Under the pieces are notes generated by a model that was not told the DNA's origin, made no database searches, and saw nothing but the letters and a program-made list of their open reading frames with translations. A stretch of DNA of 63,287 nt, filler included, from Squatina squatina (lineage: Eukaryota), in assembly GCA_031763465.1 (NCBI GenBank). It is 4 parts of 4 records of this genome, joined end to end, with 100 filler letters (N's around TTAATTAATTAA, not from the genome) between each part and the next. Parts side by side here need not be neighbours in the genome. Positions count along the whole stretch, not along the records: positions 49,183 to 63,287 come from JARFOE010000100.1; 3 more parts are not named here. The stretch is one strand, 5' to 3'. Each line of letters opens with the position of its first letter. Within the stretch, counting starts at the first letter, position 1. Positions 62,501 to 63,287 of this stretch are shown here, one piece after another. A program made the translations under genes and the position numbers.

Positions 62501-63287
62501 AGCATCCTTCACATTCTGTAGGATCAGCCAAGTTGTCATTGAGAAAAATCATAAGGACCCAGTCTCTTTCAGATATGTTTGATGTTCGTACATTGCTGAT
62601 GTGACTGATATGTAAATGAGCCCGTATTCAGTTCTGTTAACTGCTGTCCAACAGAACTATTCCTCTCATTGCTGCATTCAGAGCTTTCATATCAAATAAT
62701 TTCTTGAAAAAGCAAGTCAGCGTTGTACTTTCATCTACTTAGTTTACAAAAGATGTTATTTCTTCAAGCAATAATCATTGTTGAGACTTGAGCACTGTGT
62801 GAATTCCAGTTACTGTTGAAGTCCATGAATTTTTCCTTTGTTGACATTTAACCTGCCACAACATGGCTGTTTGTCAGTTGTTTCTGGAGTTCTCAGCCAG
62901 TGTTGCTTGACAAACTATTGAGGTGCAAAGAAGATCTCCCAGGATAGGGTTCACCAGAAGAGCCAGCCCTGAGTATTGACTCAGTCAATGCAATAACTTG
63001 GTGGTGCAGCTGGGAAGCTTATATCTGAGCGGTTTGTCTTCCCTGCACATGTTATTTCAGCATTGTGTGATCATGTCTGCTTTTTACATTTGCCATCAGA
63101 TAGTGCCACCTGCTTCTCTCGTGTTTTGCTAGCTAACACCAAGGCAAGTTACCATCGGGACTTCTTTTGCAAGTATCTGTTGGAATGACACCAGCCTCGG
63201 TCATCTTTTAGTTTAGATTTGCTGCTGGGATGTTTTCCACAAGTCTCTTTCTTTTCATGAAAATGGCAGTTAATTCAGCTGCTTGTT

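Noticed and set aside
14722-63287. GPD and OSBPL11 genes nested in RYR3 intron 1
   Set aside because: They are separated from RYR exon 1 by three artificial scaffold spacers.
62400-63287. Possible decayed coding sequence on the minus strand
   Set aside because: Many stops and no motif I can name; possibly an old transposon, but unsupported.

Overview
Eukaryotic, intron-rich vertebrate DNA, very probably from a cartilaginous fish (shark), judging by the SacSINE1-like Deu-SINEs, HE1/HER1-like tails, CR1/L2 LINEs and Harbinger relics. It comes from a fragmented draft assembly with 100-N gaps every 1-3 kb. Three artificial N44-TTAATTAATTAA-N44 spacers split the window into four scaffolds whose adjacency cannot be trusted (1-17218, 17319-33130, 33231-49082, 49183-63287). 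Scaffold 1 holds two large N-terminal FMN1 (formin-1) exons on the minus strand, head-to-head with coding exon 1 of a ryanodine receptor (RYR3 by synteny). The FMN1 isoform-IV-type first exon carries two lesions, an in-frame TAA and a +1 frameshift in an A9 run, while the visible part of the long-isoform exon is open. Scaffold 2 shows only repeats. Scaffold 3 has repeats and up to three splice-flanked exons I could not assign. Scaffold 4 has the last three coding exons of a cytosolic glycerol-3-phosphate dehydrogenase (GPD1/GPD1L family, minus) divergent from an OSBPL11 exon (plus). All homology calls rest on my recall of vertebrate sequences, not on database searches. I found no prokaryotic-type system (CRISPR, operon) and no clearly new biological system.
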